Assembly (NCBI GenBank): GCA_037447605.1
Contig: CM074807.1
Coordinates: forward strand, 2,304,327 to 2,368,326
DNA length: 64,000 nucleotides
Direction of reading: 5' to 3'
Origin: Zygnema circumcarinatum SAG 698-1b
Taxonomy: Eukaryota; Plantae; Zygnematophyceae
Part shown: positions 39,328 to 57,744 of the stretch, piece by piece
Layout: each line of letters begins with the position of its first letter
How positions within the stretch are numbered: the stretch's first letter is position 1
The notes under the pieces: generated by a model
Told to the model about the DNA's origin: nothing
Database searches by the model: none
Seen by the model: only the letters and a program-made list of their open reading frames with translations
Program-made: the position numbers and the translations under genes

Positions 39328-41339
39328 TTATTGTACAACCACTTTGAGGATTTTTACTGGCTCGATTGGCTTGTCTTGCGGTCCAGTAGAGACACTCTCT
39401 ATCTCCTGTCAATGAATAGCATCCACGAGCATTAGACTCCAGTTTATGCTGAACACTTTCAAGTGGATTTATTCGAAAACCAGAAATGATTGACAAGACA
39501 GTTCACAGAACAAATCGAGATTAAAATAGTATAATAACGTCAAAATATACCATATACACCCTCGAGAGAGCGTTTGAGTTACGGCTGCTGTAGGTTGTGG
39601 TTCACATATTGCCATTACGAAGAAGCAGATGGTTGACTGGCCAGGGGTCCACTTACACGAACCACTTTGTGGCCTTCAGTGACACGTCCAAAAACTGTGT
39701 GCTTCCCATCCAGCCAGTGAGTGGCCACCGTGGTGATGAAGAACTGCGAACCGTTCGTGTCCGGACCACTGTTGGCCATTGCAAGGGTGAAGGGCTCATG
39801 TTTAAGTCTGCAAAAAAACACAGTTGGATGTTCAATGGCTGCCATGAATTGGAACGTGCACTGCAATGAATCCTGCAGAGTGTTGCAATGTGTCCGCCAT
39901 CCACTTTCAAACCCACAGTCGCCACCACCGTCAACTCACAATCACCAATAAGCCTTCATAAGTCTGAAGGACGTTTGAACAGGTAGTTTCACACGGGAAA
40001 TTGCTACCGACTATCTGCCATCAGCTGAAAGAGCAAAAAGTATTCGTACTCTGGTCGTATTTCATCAGCGAACTCATGTCCCCAAATTGACTGCCCCCCT
40101 GTGCCATCGCCTCTGGGATCACCTCCTTGAATCATGAAGTCTTTGATTACCCTGTGAAATGTCAAACCATCGTAGTAACCTTTTTTGCTGCAGCAACATA
40201 CACAATTCTTATCAATCCAAAAAATATCTACAACTACAGCCAGAACTTACTTGAGAGAGAGTTACTCGATCCATGCAGTGTTGGCCTCTTACAACAACAC
40301 AATCATTAATTCTAGTCACAAATTTCTCGGCAAATCACTACAGGCTTTTCAATCATAGCTCCTCGCAACAAAAATCTTGGAACAGCAAGTTCACATTACC
40401 TGTGTGTTACAAAATTCTCGACAGTTTTAGGACACTCCTCCGGATATAACTCCAAATGAATGTCTCCCTTTGTAGTTTGCAATAGCTGCGGCCAGTTCGT
40501 GGTAGTGAATAATCGCAAGGTTGGTAAATGCAGCATTGCTGTGTTGACCAGACATAACTACTTAACACTGCCCTAGCAGTCGTAAAGTGCCCGAATTAAA
40601 TTGTCAAATCTGTGCCTTCGTGATGTACGAGACGTGAAAGATAGAATGGATTTCAAGTGCTTGGAACTCGAAACGGAGGGTAATGAGCGTACCACTCGGG
40701 AAGCCACTGAGGAGTTATTGCCCGTAGTCTCTACTTCCGAACTATCATTTACTTTATTGCTTTTGAATGATTGAAGGTTATTAAAAGCCTGCAGCCATGC
40801 TACCAATCAACGGCCCTCTTTTAAGCAACTGTAAAAACACATGGCGCAATATCAACCAATGGGCACCCACCTCTATCGCAGCTAAGGTTAGGTTTTTATA
40901 AACCCCAAACACGCAACGTTTTGGAAGATTTACAACAGGTTCAAACTTGATCAGCTTCAGCTTACCGGCATGCTGAGCGCACTCCTGCATTTCCACAAAA
41001 TCAGCGGACCCCAATCTACTGTTCAGCGAGTACCTTGGCACGTTTCGGCAGAAATAAAAAGAAACAGCAGATCAAATGCAAAGACTAAATTTTCTTTATT
41101 CTGACTGCAGGCTTGAACGATTCTTTTTAAGCTCTAACGCAGCAATGAAGAAGCTCCTGCACATTGAGCTGCAGAACACATTCGATGCCCATAACTCACC
41201 GCTTCCGGAAGTAGAATAGCACAAGAAGCAAGACAGCTGTCAACAACACGCAGGTCCCGATTGCTGCAATATTCGTCTTCCTGACGCCCTTCTTTCGTTT
41301 GGAGTGTTGCAAGAGGGCGGCCGGCTTCATCCGCGCCAT
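39328..41339 (-). CDS. Type-II membrane-anchored cyclophilin, CYP21-4-like N-terminus with a canonical PPIase domain
   Basis: Exon 1 [47 protein letters not shown] resembles Arabidopsis CYP21-4 (MAKIKPQALLQQSKKKKG...TM, recalled). The PPIase exons read [29 protein letters not shown]|[24 protein letters not shown]...DEIRPE|[26 protein letters not shown]...[12 protein letters not shown]...VVR|EIESV...KVVVQ*. Linker exons are less certain. Confidence 0.85.
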
Positions 41340-41879
41340 GGCTCCTGCTACGGTGACAGCAAAATGCCTGCAGATCTCCAAGGCCTGCCCGCCCGCCCTC
41401 TCCCCCACCCTTGCAGGCCCCCTCCCCTCCCTCCCGGCCTGCGCTCCCTTCCCGTTTGAATCCGCCGCCTGCCTGCGCAGCCTCTTTGCTTTTTTGCTGT
41501 CCGTACGGTACGGAGAGAGGCTACAGACTACAGTACAGTACGGCAGCAGGGCCTTAACCAGAACAGTACGGACAGTGAATGGTTCGAGCAGGGTTAACTT
41601 GTAGGAGATTTTTGTGAATGGAACCGTTACACTGCGGGAGAGCTTAATGGCAGACTGGTTGACCGTTTGTTCAGGTTGTACATGGAACTTGTAGATGGCA
41701 CATAGTGTGCCAAAACCTTGGCGTCCATCTTTGTCGAGCTCTCTAAAAAGTTGCATTTGTTCCTTGCTATGGATAGAAGGGGACAGCTTCTGGAGCGCAG
41801 GTCCCTTTCGACACAATGACACAGGTGTCCCTCACCGCGCTGGCAGCAGGCAGGCACAGTCAGTAAGTTGTGTGGAAGC

Positions 41880-42190
41880 TGACAGAGCTTCAAACCACTT
41901 CATTCACGCATTGACGTATGGACACTTCCACATCAAAGTAGCAGATTCAACCAAGACTTCATCAACACCACATACCACACAGCGCTTTACTATCCACGAC
42001 ATGTCACCACCACAGCACTGGAACCACAGAAGATGCCAAGACAGCGCACTTAGATAAGCTTTTGCTTCAAAGTGGGAAATCCAGCAGGATCTTCTGCTTT
42101 GCTCCTCGAGACCCTGAAGGAAAGTCGTCCAATATTTAAGGATAGAAGCTCTGTCAGGCCAAATCCATTCCCTCCTACTGGAACACATAC
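41880..42190 (-). mobile_element. Possible decayed non-LTR retrotransposon fragment (zf-RVT-like)
   Basis: LSWHLLW...CVVCGVDEVLVESATLMWKCPYVNA*MKWF resembles the L1-clade C-terminal W...CxxC...ExxxHhhxxCP...W pattern, but the His is missing and there is a stop. Confidence 0.3.
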
Positions 42191-43027
42191 ATAATCCTCA
42201 GAGCCTGGATTGACACCACTCACACTAATACCATAAACAAGCGCAAAACATACAAGTTAGAGCGCCTTGGTCCACGCGCTTCTGAGAAGTTGCCTTCTCC
42301 GCAACACGCACAGTTTGCTGCTGCGTATTCCTAAGTTCTAGTCCGCTTGCATCGGCAAGCTCCTGCAGCTGCCAAGCATTATGTCGGTTTCAGCGTCCTA
42401 GCCCGCCACAAGTCCTGCACGCTTACAATCATCGGATTAATAAAGGTGCAGATGCATCTCCAACACCAAGGGATTGTCTGAAGGACACAGAACGCACACA
42501 TCACAAATACGAACTTCAGAAGGACAACCTTCTAGAAGGCATGAGCCCTACAGAGGAATGGAAATTAAATAAAGCTCTCAGAAGGAGTTTCAAACCGGAA
42601 CAAACAGCTAGAAATGCTTCATAAAAAGCCCTTGCACAGGCATTCCAGCACATGCACATTCAAACAATTCAGCGTTCACTGCTCTTATTTCTACCTATCA
42701 GTTTGATGGCGCGAGCAAGAAAAAATGCTAAATTTATCACTGGGGGCGAGCACCACTTGAGGGCACACAAGTCTTGCCACTTGACTTTCATTGGCCTTCG
42801 AGAAGCAGTATTATATTGACACTTCAGGTGATCGGCCCTGTGTTCATGATTGGCCAAGCATGAAAGCATTGACCCTTTCCAAATACATAATCCCACTCAA
42901 ACTCCACGCCGTTCAAATTTTTTCGTTAGTCCTCAAAATGTTGAGTTTAAAAAAAATAAAGACAGTAGAACTTGGTGGCAGCAGAGGAGCGTGACCGACC
43001 AATCAGCTGCTAATGCTGACATTTACC

Positions 43028-47332
<4,305 letters not shown>

Positions 47333-47760
47333 TTCTCTTCCTATCCCTCCCCGTCTGCAGCGAGCAGCAACAGCAGGCTCCTGCTGTTCTCCCTTCCGGA
47401 GGTCCAAAACCAAAGGGTATCCCTTGGAGCAGACTCTCAGGGGCTGGCTCCGCACCGCGCGGCTGCATAGAACACCATTATTCGTCTTCAGTTAGCCGTG
47501 GAAACGCTGACAGTTGTAAACTGAACCGCATAGAACTTCAGCTAATGCACTTGATACTCGGCAAAGCCGTACGTCCGTACATGTGAAATTCCAGTAAAAC
47601 TACAAGCAGGGGAGTTTCCGACGGCTTCCCGTAACGGAATCCGAATTTGCTCGCTACGGATTACTACGGATTGGAATTGCGCAGGATCAGAACCGGTAGC
47701 CAGCTCTGGAATCCGGAACGGCGTAAAAAAGGCTTCTGTACGACCACCGTTACATGACGG

Positions 47761-47883
47761 CTGTTAGGGTTTGTCGAGCTTTCAGGAACAGGAGCGCAGG
47801 GGAGGCCAGTTCGAGCCTGGTTGGCTGATGAGCCATGCGCGGATGATTTTAGGGTTTGGATTAGGGTTAGGGCAGGGTTAAGG
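47761..47883 (+). promoter_or_regulatory. Degenerate telo-box cluster / G4 motif upstream of CYP71
   Basis: TTAGGGTTT at about 47764 and TTTTAGGGTTTGGATTAGGGTTAGGGCAGGG at about 47847-47877. Confidence 0.5.
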
Positions 47884-48001
47884 CAGCGTGAACATTAGGG
47901 TCTGCGGGTGCTGGTCAGAATGATTTGACGTGATCTGGTTGCATGCTCTCGGTAGCAATCTCAGGAGCTGCATTACAACTGTCGTAAGGGAGAGCAGGAG
48001 G

Positions 48002-51000
48002 ATGGGAGCGACAGACGAGGGCGCTGGCAAGGTAGAGTTGCTGGACTCGAGAAAGAGAGAGAGAGATGGAGAGGATGGTGGCCCGCCAGAAGGGGGCGTC
48101 GAAGGTGACGACCCGAATCTTATGGTGGGACCAACCCCTCCAAAGCTGAAGAAGAAAAAAAAGCTCGAGTTTGAGCAGGTTTACTTGGAGGCTCTTCCTT
48201 CTGCAGAGATGTAAGTTTTTCCTCACGACGAAAGAAATTTGAGAGTGGTAAGCTAAGTTACATATTTTTCTCGGAAAACCAAATTTATTGAGAAGGTCAT
48301 ATTTTTGTTTTTTGCATTGTTTACTTCCTTTTGTTTCAAGAATCGACATTAATGAACGTGCGATACTCCATTTGCTTCAGAATTTGTCTTTCATTGGCTT
48401 GTTTTACAGCTGTGAATGCCTGAAGGTAGGCTTGGCACTTGATGCAGGTATGAGAAGAGCTACATGCACCGAGATTGGGTCACCCATGTGGCAGTGACCG
48501 AAACAGACTTCTTCATTACAGGCAGCAGAGACGGTTAGTGTCCTTTCTCGTCTGAACCCTAACCCCCCGGAACACTTCTGGTTGTCAACTAAGGGCTTGA
48601 AGGTTCCCGAATAGTTCAGTTGAAGCATAGAACTAGATTCAAGGATATTTTCGCCCATGATGATTGAATGCACAATGTTAAGAAACAAAAAGACTCTCGT
48701 ATGCAGATACATAGCCAGAAACTAAACTTGAGTTGTCTTGCCCGATTATGTCACGGTCTTGTATAACAATTGCCTTAGTTTGAGGCAGGAAGCAAGCGCT
48801 ACTATTATGACACAATCATGCTCCCGGAATGTCAAAAAAATCCAACTCTCATGCTTACAGAGATTTAACCTTGTGCATTGCCAGGCCATCTTAAGTTCTG
48901 GAAAAAGAGACCTGTTGGAGTAGAGTTTGTGAAACATTTTCGAGCGCACATTGGACCCATCCAAGACTTATCAGTAAGTCATCTATCAAGGAGTGTTGTC
49001 ACCTTCTTTGTTTTAGTGTGTTCCTCTCTTTTGCGACCTACGTGTATGGAGTTTCAAGAGTCACTTTCTAAAATCTAAAACAAAACAAGTTATTGGTTGT
49101 CGGATTTTGTGAACCTTAAGCTTGAGCGGGGTAAGCAAACATGATTCATGATTCGACTGTCATCAAGTTAAGTCTTCAGCTGGCCGCTTGTCATTTTTGA
49201 GGCATATAAATCACTTGGGACTTAAGAATTTGAATCAATGCATATCCGAGAAGTGCGTATTTTCATGGCGTGCTTTTTTCATTGTTGAATGTAACAATGA
49301 TTTGAAGAAGGTTTCTCGACAGAGACTGACGGCGTTTTTGGGTGCTTTACAACTTTTAATTCGAGGATTCTTGTTGAAGAGTACCATGAGATTAATTCGG
49401 ACCGTGCATCGGGCGGGAGATTTCACTTGTCATTGATAAAGCAGGAGCATTGTCTCACGGAAATTGTTGCTGGTGACATCCGTGCAGGTCAGCGCTGATG
49501 GGTCTCTCTGTTGCACCGTATCTTCTGATATGGCAGCTAAAGTGTATGACGTGGTCAATTTTGACATGATGGTGATGTTGCGCCTCCGTTACAATCCGTC
49601 TGCGGTCGAGTGGATATTCCAGCAGAATGATGCGAAAGCAACCCTGGCCATTGCTGAGAAGGACTCGCCCAAAATTCATATCTACGATGCCCGATCTGGT
49701 CAAGATCAACCGCTAAGGACAGTGGAGGTATGTCCTTGCCAGCCTGGTACCTTGTTCTCTAAAGCCCTCAGCTATAACCATGAGCTCATGATGCTATAGT
49801 GTATTTCTCTACTTTCATGCATCATTCGTTTCTTTCGTTTTATCATTTCTAGTCTCCAAACTCCCGTATTATCCAAGCTAGCTAGTTTTTCGGTTGACGG
49901 GTACTGTATAGTCGGGCACGCAGAAGCACAGTGGGAGGGCTTCCACATTTTTCTATCTGAATCTGTATTATTTGACTTTTCTGAGTTCTTTATTGGATTG
50001 GTTTTGGAGTTTGGGAGTTTACCCTACTCCTTCCTTAGGCATAGTGACTTTGTCCGATAGAAGACGTGTGAGTGGTGATGGTGTGGCTGCGCATTGAACA
50101 GTGACTACCCCTTCAAGTCTGTCCCTAGTTGCCTACCTTTTGGTGAAGGTAGTGAGAGTGACAAGCAAGATCAAGGTTCTCAGTGAACCACGAAAGGTTG
50201 CTAGGCTAAGTCCCTGTGCTTTTTGTCTCCATTGCCCACAATATCCCTATAAGGGTGGTTGCTCTTTATGTGTAATATACGACATTCGACTTTGTGGTTG
50301 TGACAGGTCCACAGAGCTCCTGTGAGTGTCATGAAGTATTGTCCGCAAATGGATATGGTGATATCAGTCGACTGTAAGGGCCTCTTGGAGTATTGGAGTG
50401 CTGTAACTTTTGCTTTGCCTTCAGATAGGTGAGTCTCACTTTAGCTTTATTTCTGACATTTCAGCAAGCAAGAATAGAAGAAGATGTTTACTTGGAGGAA
50501 GCATCAGTACTTGATATCATTACCAGATAGTGCATTGTCAGCAATCACAAAACAAGAGCAACAAATTCACTGTTCTTTTTGCGGAAACGGCATTCTTGGC
50601 TTGGGCAATAGAGCATGCGTTTTTAGAATTTGCCAATCCTAAACGGAGCATGCACGATATAGCTTGTTCCAGGTCTGTTCTTCAACGCAGTAGCTCGACT
50701 TACGACCTTTTACTTCGACGTTGCCACCGTGTTTCCTAATCTCATGTCAGAAAGTCGCTACTGTTTGCACATCCTAGAAGTGCAGCTGCTCTTTGCAATT
50801 ACAAAGCAGAGAGTGGAAGCTTGCTATTCTGCCATCATATTTTACTCTGCTTTAGTTATGGGGAAGCTTGGAAGAAAAAACTATTCCCTCCAACACTCTT
50901 GAGAAATCGGAAGATACACAGCAAGAGAAATCACGAGCTAGAGCATGCAGACGGCGTGCTAGTTCAAAGGCTTATGTATGTTCATGTACAGATTTGTGCA

Positions 51001-54000
51001 TGGTCGTGTATGAAGCAAGCGATTAGTTCCTGTGATGTCTTCTGTAATCTGCAATGTCTGTGTGTAGCTTGTTTGGTCTATTAATTAGTAAGGGCAGTTA
51101 TGGATACAACCTAGGGCAACAAATCTTCGACCACAAAAACTGAAGTGAGAAGAATTCTAGGTTGGATGGTACAGGATAGGTGTTAGCTGCATGGTACATT
51201 CACTACTCTGAAAGGCTGTCCTTAACCAGAGGTGGGAAGCCTTTTTGTTGTGCAGGTTGAAGTTTCAGTTCAAGACTGAGACTGATTTGTATGCACTTGC
51301 GAAGGCAAAGACTATTGCTACATCTCTGCAGGTTGGACTTGACTCTTTTGTTCGCCCGCATGCCAAACATTGTTGAAACTTATAATTCTGTTGGCTTACA
51401 TAAGCATATGCCTCGCGATTCCTTCTGCCATATGGCCACTTTGGGAAGCGGAAGCTCAATTGATGATTTACACCTTGCTGGTGTGCTGATACTACCTACA
51501 TGGCTCGGTGCAGATCAGCCCTGATGGAAAGCAGTTTGCAACCGTCTCTCCAGATAAAAGAATTCGTGTATTTTGGGTTGAAACTGGGAAGCTTCGTAGA
51601 ACATACGATGAATCATTGGAGGTATGGATCGTTTTTTTAGCCCCTGGGCAGTGATGTATGGCAGCTTACGTTGGGTATTTTCTCTGTCCGTCTCTTTTCC
51701 TTTATTGTCTTTCTTTGTAGAATCTTGATGCCTGTCCAATGCTGAGATACGACCATGTTGGAATACTATCGTATGGTAGCATATGCCCGATCTGTGTATC
51801 GTTCTTGTGTCTTGTATGGTGTTATGACCAGCGGGCTGTTCTCCTGGGCTGTATAGGCTGCTCAAGAGCTTCAGCGTAGTGATGCTGAAATGTACCGCTT
51901 GGAGGCTATCGACTTTGGGCGCCGTTTGGCTATTGAGCGTGAAATCGATAAAACAGAGGATGTCCCATCTCCGAATGCCGTTTTTGATCAAAGCGGGAAC
52001 TTTCTCCTGTACCCGACACTTTTGGGAATCAAGGTGGGCCTTTCCCATACTCCACTTCTATGCCAGATCATGATATTTTGCTGATCATGTCTTTCAATTT
52101 CCATTATTGTTTGGGGCATGTTGGAGTGTCCAATAGCAATAGCAGTGGAGCCCAGGGACCCTGCCTATGCTGATGTGGGTTGTGGACAGGCTGTGGCCGG
52201 CCTCCCTCCATGCAGGTGGTGAATTTGTACACTAATCGTGTTGCGCGTATTATTGGAAAAGTAGAAAATACGGAACGGTTCCTTCGGATAGCCCTCCATC
52301 AAGGAGGGCTGGGCAAGACCAAGAAAATGGCCGCACTTGCAAACTCGCAGGACCAAAAAGCGCCCCTTACAGACCCCACTGTGCTTGCCTGCGCCTTCAA
52401 GAAACATCGTCTCTTCCTTTTTAGGTGTGTTTCTATATTTTTCGGGGTCTTACTCGTGACGCACCCGCCACTCAAGCTTATCTTCATGTCAATTTTTTTA
52501 AATCATCATATACAAAGCCACGTCTTATAGAGTTTGCTTCATGTGTGGCACTTGATGTTGACACCAAAGGACGATTTTGAATGTTGCATCTGTCCCCAAC
52601 ATCAAGCGCCGACTTTCGAGCTCTGAAGAACTGTGTGTCGGTGGATTGTAGATGTCATTGGCAGTACATTGAAGCGTTGTGCTAACCAGTTGGCCGCAAC
52701 TGCAGTGAAAATAGCTTACGCCGCTTGCATTACAGTCTCCTTACAGTCTTCCTCCTTGTCCCTTTTGTAGTCGGAGAGAACCGGAAGAAGGGGAGGATGC
52801 TTCTTCAGGAAGAGACGTATTCAATGAAAAGCCGCCGCCTGAAGAGCTGATGGCTCTTGCAGATGTGGTCAGAACCGCCGCCTCTTCATTGCCAGACAAT
52901 GTGGTAAGCACTCACTGTTTCTTACTTTGTACATCGTGTCGTTCCGCCTTGCTTGCCACCACTTCAAATCTTATAAGTGAACCTTCTGTTACACTTGTAG
53001 CAGCGAAAGGGGGGCTGCTGCCATCTAGGAGGCAGGTGTTATCAGTTGGTTTAGGCACATTTGACTGCTGATTTTGCTGGTCGGGTTGTGCTGTTGGTGG
53101 CTATTGAGTTGTCTCCGTCTAATTACGGTGTGGGCTGGTGCAGATACTCCATACATCACTGGGAGACTTACACGTAAAACTATATCCAGAAGAATGCCCA
53201 AGGACTGTCGAAAATTTTACAACTCATTGTCGAAATGGTTATTACGATAACCTCATCTTTCACCGTGTGATCAAAGGATTCATGGTGCAGACTGGTGATC
53301 CTCTTGGCGATGGCACAGGAGGACAATCCATTTGGGGCGGAGAGTTTGAAGATGAATTCCACAAAAGGTATGACCTTAAGGGTGAAGCATTAAGTCTAGC
53401 ATTTTGTGAACGATTTCGTTATGGCAATCATGCGCAAGTTCTAAATGCTATTTTAGTTATCAGTACGAAGTCATGCTCCGTTGTGATAGGTAGACCCGCA
53501 TGACTAAATTTCCTTTGCCATTGACGCCAAAACTGCAAACCCATTTTTGCAGTTTGAGGCACGATCGTCCATTCACTGTTTCCATGGCGAATGCGGGACC
53601 CAACTCCAACGGTGCACAGTTCTTCATCACCACGGTTGCAACGCCATGGCTGGACAACAAGCATACGGTCTTCGGGCGTGTCACAAAAGGAATGGACGTA
53701 GTGCAGGTAAGTCGTTGAGAGTGGTCTCTGAAAACTCGTGTCTCAAAAACTCTGCAAGCACCTTCCCGTACGTTTTTTTTTTGTGTTGAAATCACGGTAA
53801 AGCAGGTGAGGTAATGGGTGGGACTCGGCTTTCGCAATTCATGAGAGGGCTTCAACGTACCACTTTTGCCTTTGCCTGATGAGAATCAGCTTTTTTCTGA
53901 TGGTGATTTTTATGTGATCTTTCAGGCCATTGAGAAAGTGAAGGTCGATCGGAGCGACAAGCCTTATCAAGACATCAAGATAACAAGCGTGACAATCCCT

Positions 54001-54012
54001 AAACATAAGTAG
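48002..54012 (+). CDS. CYP71: WD40-repeat cyclophilin (CYP71 / PPWD1 ortholog)
   Basis: [20 protein letters not shown]|[77 protein letters not shown], then the PPIase domain [53 protein letters not shown]...DKPYQDIKI. Confidence 0.96.
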
Positions 54013-55239
54013 TAGCAATATTCGGAACATGAGGCTATGAGTGGTGAGTTTTGTCCTTTTCTTTTGCAATGTCCGGTGTCCATTTCGTTAGTAAACTCGC
54101 CACGTCGGTGTACGCAACTTGGAGAAATTTTAATATGACGAAGGGTTGGGAGTTCGTATCTGGCAAGCTGCATGTGCCATTCGTGACTCTGCAAAGTAAA
54201 TTAGGATGTTGTCATGTTGCAGAGCCTAGCTTTGTCTTGCCTCCTTCCGATCCCTGTCTAGGTCGGCAATGTCTGCCATTTCTGCTAGTTTGTTGTGCCC
54301 AAAAAATCTGAGATGATCGGAGACTGCTGGCAAGCAAGCTTCGAGAGATGGTGTAAATATGGGTCTCTTGTATGAAAGGCCAAAGGCGAAAAAGCATAGA
54401 ATGAGAGAATGCCGACTGTGAAGATGTAGAACGGCACCCGTTGCACTCGGTGCAATGCAGTGCGCTCTCCTCCAGAAGAGGCATGCTCCCAATGGTCCAT
54501 CCGGTGAGCAGTGCAAGCCCCCCTGCAGCAGCTCACAGAGACGGCACTTCACTCCTCCCACGAAACGTTTGCATTCACGTCAGAGGCCTTCTGCAGCTTG
54601 CTGGGCACTCCTCCATTGGTGGGCCCCACTCAGACAGGGCGGGCTCTCCACTCACTCATGCATGGTGCGATTCCGTGCACATGCAGCTGCACTCGCAACT
54701 AATTCTCCTGCTAGTGTTCCAAGATTCAGAATACTTTCCCTGAATACTTTGTTCATGGGATGCAAAACCTTTCTCAACCTGTTTCAGCATATGATGCTCC
54801 GCATATTGCTAGTGACCCTTGTTTTCTCACATCCCCTACAGCCTCGTTCACGCATCCTTCCGGAAGTGATTCCTGCTTTGCTTGCGATCCATTTGACAAA
54901 AGTGTAGTAGGAAATCTATCCTTTGAGTAGTAGGTTGGAGTAAACCTGCCCCTCAAAACGGAAAAATATATGAGCCACTTCCAAGAATGTTCGCCAGCTC
55001 CAGTCCTCCCATCGGCATTTCTAAAATAACCGGTCCTTCGGCGAGCATTTTTGTGATGCCCGCTATGTTCGGTCATAAGAAAACTCGAGACGCATTGGTC
55101 ATAGCCGTCAGTCCGCCAGTTCATCCCTTGTTCAAAACGTTTTTCCTGTCTGCCCCACCATTGAAATACTCGCCACTTATTACGAAACTGTACCCCTATG
55201 GCTCGCTTAATCCAGCATGTGTGGCATAGCCTGCCCTTC

Positions 55240-57017
55240 ATGGCGGCTCGGTGTGCATGCAACACACGGCGGCTTTTTGTCACTCCAACTTCTGCTGTCC
55301 GGGCGGGTGGAAGGAGGGGAGCGGGAGTTTCCAGCAATCACACCATCGGGGTGTGGCTGCTGTCGGAGCACTTTCTTTGAGCTCCCTGCCCGCGCCTTGA
55401 TTTTGCTTTTTTGCTTTACTCCTGCTGATCCCCCTCGCAGTTCGTCGGGCGTAATATTCGGCAGACAGGAGGAGGGCCTTCTACAGCGGCAGGGTATTGA
55501 GACAATCACATGCTTTCTGGGATGCAGCTTGTCGACTGCAGTTACATCTCGCTGACTCGGATCTGGCAGTGAGGTTGTAAGTCGCCTGCACAGGTGCTTC
55601 TCATGTTCGCGTTATGATTTGTTTTTTCCGTGAACACAGATGGCTTTGCTTCATTTGCAAGTACGTCATATGTTTCTTTTATTTGGAACCAGGTGGCTCA
55701 AGTCCTTTTATTGAAGCAGTAGCGAGGCCAAGGTGCAGGAAATAGCATCGTCTGTGAGACGTGCACGTGCAGCAGTCATGGAAAGCCAGCAGAAAAGTGA
55801 GAAGCTCACGTTTGGCGATGTTCTTCAGGTAATCACGGAGACGCATTCTTAATCAAGTGGCTGGCTGTGTTCAGATGCATTGACTGAGACTACAACATCC
55901 ATAAGAAAACGAAAGCCAGAGTAAACGACCTTAGAGCAGAACATTGTGAAGTCACCACGGATAAGAGAGCGCCGTATTTACGTCTCACTCCTCGTATAGT
56001 GCGAGGATTGCTATTTCCGGTTATAGGATGAGAACATTCTCCTTCAATTTCAACCTGAGATGTCATCAGGAGCACACTCAAATAGCTGTTCGCGTTCAAT
56101 GGAAATAATCGCTAATCAGAGAGTTTTTTAGGAAAGGACAGCATTGAAAGGCTACTACTTCCCTCCATCCTACTCCCCCTATTTTTCTTGTAGTATTTCT
56201 GGAACCTCTACCCCTCTCCTGGTTGGATTCTCTCCTGAAACGAAAGGCTATGTTTTCCATACTTTCAGTCCTGTTTGCACACGGACTTCCTGAAGGATAA
56301 GCACAAAGCTTAAGTATACTCTTCTTTCTATTATATGCAGGAAGTGGCAGAGTTTCGAGGAAATGAGCCGGTCAGACCAAGCGATGCAGCAGCAATAGCA
56401 GCCGCCGAATTGAGAGCTTATGGGAAGCCTGGACCCCCTGACGGCCTTGGGGCACAAGCTCAAGAAGCAGCAGACAAGAATGTAGAAGCTGGCGTCGTTC
56501 AGCCCTCATCCGAAGGGTGGAATGTAACAACTGAAGGAAAGGAAGCCCACACCATCGGAGAGGTTTTGCAGGTGAGAAAGAACCTAAAACTGCTGAATGT
56601 AATCGTGTTTTTTGTTGGTTCTGGAAATAGGGATACAGCGAGGTTGAACCCCGCAGAGGAAACAAGTAAAGCAGAATGGATCTGATTGGCATGGGTGTCT
56701 TGGAACAGATTCCTTTCCTGGCACCATTCCATCGTGTTGTAATTCTCTACGACTCTTATCTGTTCTGGCCGTCAGTTGTAGTTTAATATGTTGCCCATAA
56801 ACTGGAATCTGGGTGTCTTATGACGCAGAACCCCAAGGAACGTTTATCTACGGATAAACCAGTCACTCCGGAGGCGGCTCATTACATTCAACAGGCCGAA
56901 GCATACAATGCACCACGAGGAAGTCGACCGGTCGACATAACGAAAGGAGGAGTTGGCTCTCGTGCCGACAGTGCGGCGTCCAGAAACGTCCATCGGGAAA
57001 CGCAGTCCCAGACTTAG
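55240..57017 (+). CDS. Seed maturation protein (SMP, LEA D-34/RAB28 family); start uncertain
   Basis: LTFGDVLQ|EVAEFRGNEPVRPSDAAAIAAAELRAYG...GLGAQAQEAADKN and HTIGEVLQ|NPKERLSTDKPVTPEAA...KGGVGSRADSAASRN match the SMP repeat (TIGEAL...KPV..SDAAAI.AAE.RA.G...GG.AA.AQ.AA..N). Confidence 0.8.
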
Positions 57018-57744
57018 GATCCCACTTGTTTGGAACTTTTTCGAGCAGTCAGTTACCATGGACTGGATAGTCTGATGACTGGTTAAGAACTTTCTTGTGC
57101 TTAATGCATGCATTTGGGTGCCTAGACGGTTGCGGTGAATTCAGGGAGACGTGGTACACTCACGAACTTGTGATGGAATCCGCTATCCATACTTTGTTGT
57201 TTCTGCATTCCCCGTGTTTGGTGCGAGGCCTCACTTGTCTCGATGCCTGACCTCTTTAGCTGAAGCACGAGCCAAGCTGCAGATCACCCCTGTGTTGGTA
57301 TGCCGTTTCCTTCATTTAGACTGCCACCTTTCCACGCCATCGGGATCGAGATGAGTGGTGTCCGTGATGGCGATGCCGTCAAATGTACGTGGACAAAATT
57401 TTACACATCAAATGTATTTTTTTTTTTTTTTTTTTTGCTTCCATTTTTCCATTTGATATTTGAATGGCCCTGAGTCAAATTGTTCCCCGTCATGACACAT
57501 GCGCTGCACTGTTAGCGTTGAGAAAATTCTCACTGTCCAACACAACGGAACAGCACAGAAATCGTCCATGTGTCGCCTTCGCTTAACCCCCCGTTCCGAA
57601 TTACGCGTATCCGTGTGTGCTATGCTGTCGGGATCCACCCAACAATGAAATCATTCACTTGATCCACCTCAATGTGGATTGTATTAGGATCCACCGCACG
57701 GAGCAGGAAAGCAGCATTCACCCAAGGCAGATGCTGCACAGGCC

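Noticed and set aside
39328-40500. CYP71 pseudogene fragment
   Set aside because: All exons are open and phase-compatible, splice sites are intact, and upstream exons supply a distinct TM-anchored N-terminus. It looks like a functional paralog.
51300-51310. Apparent GC-AG donor in CYP71 (AAG|GCAAAG)
   Set aside because: The frame continues as [11 protein letters not shown] to a GT donor and matches the homologous protein length, so no GC intron is needed.
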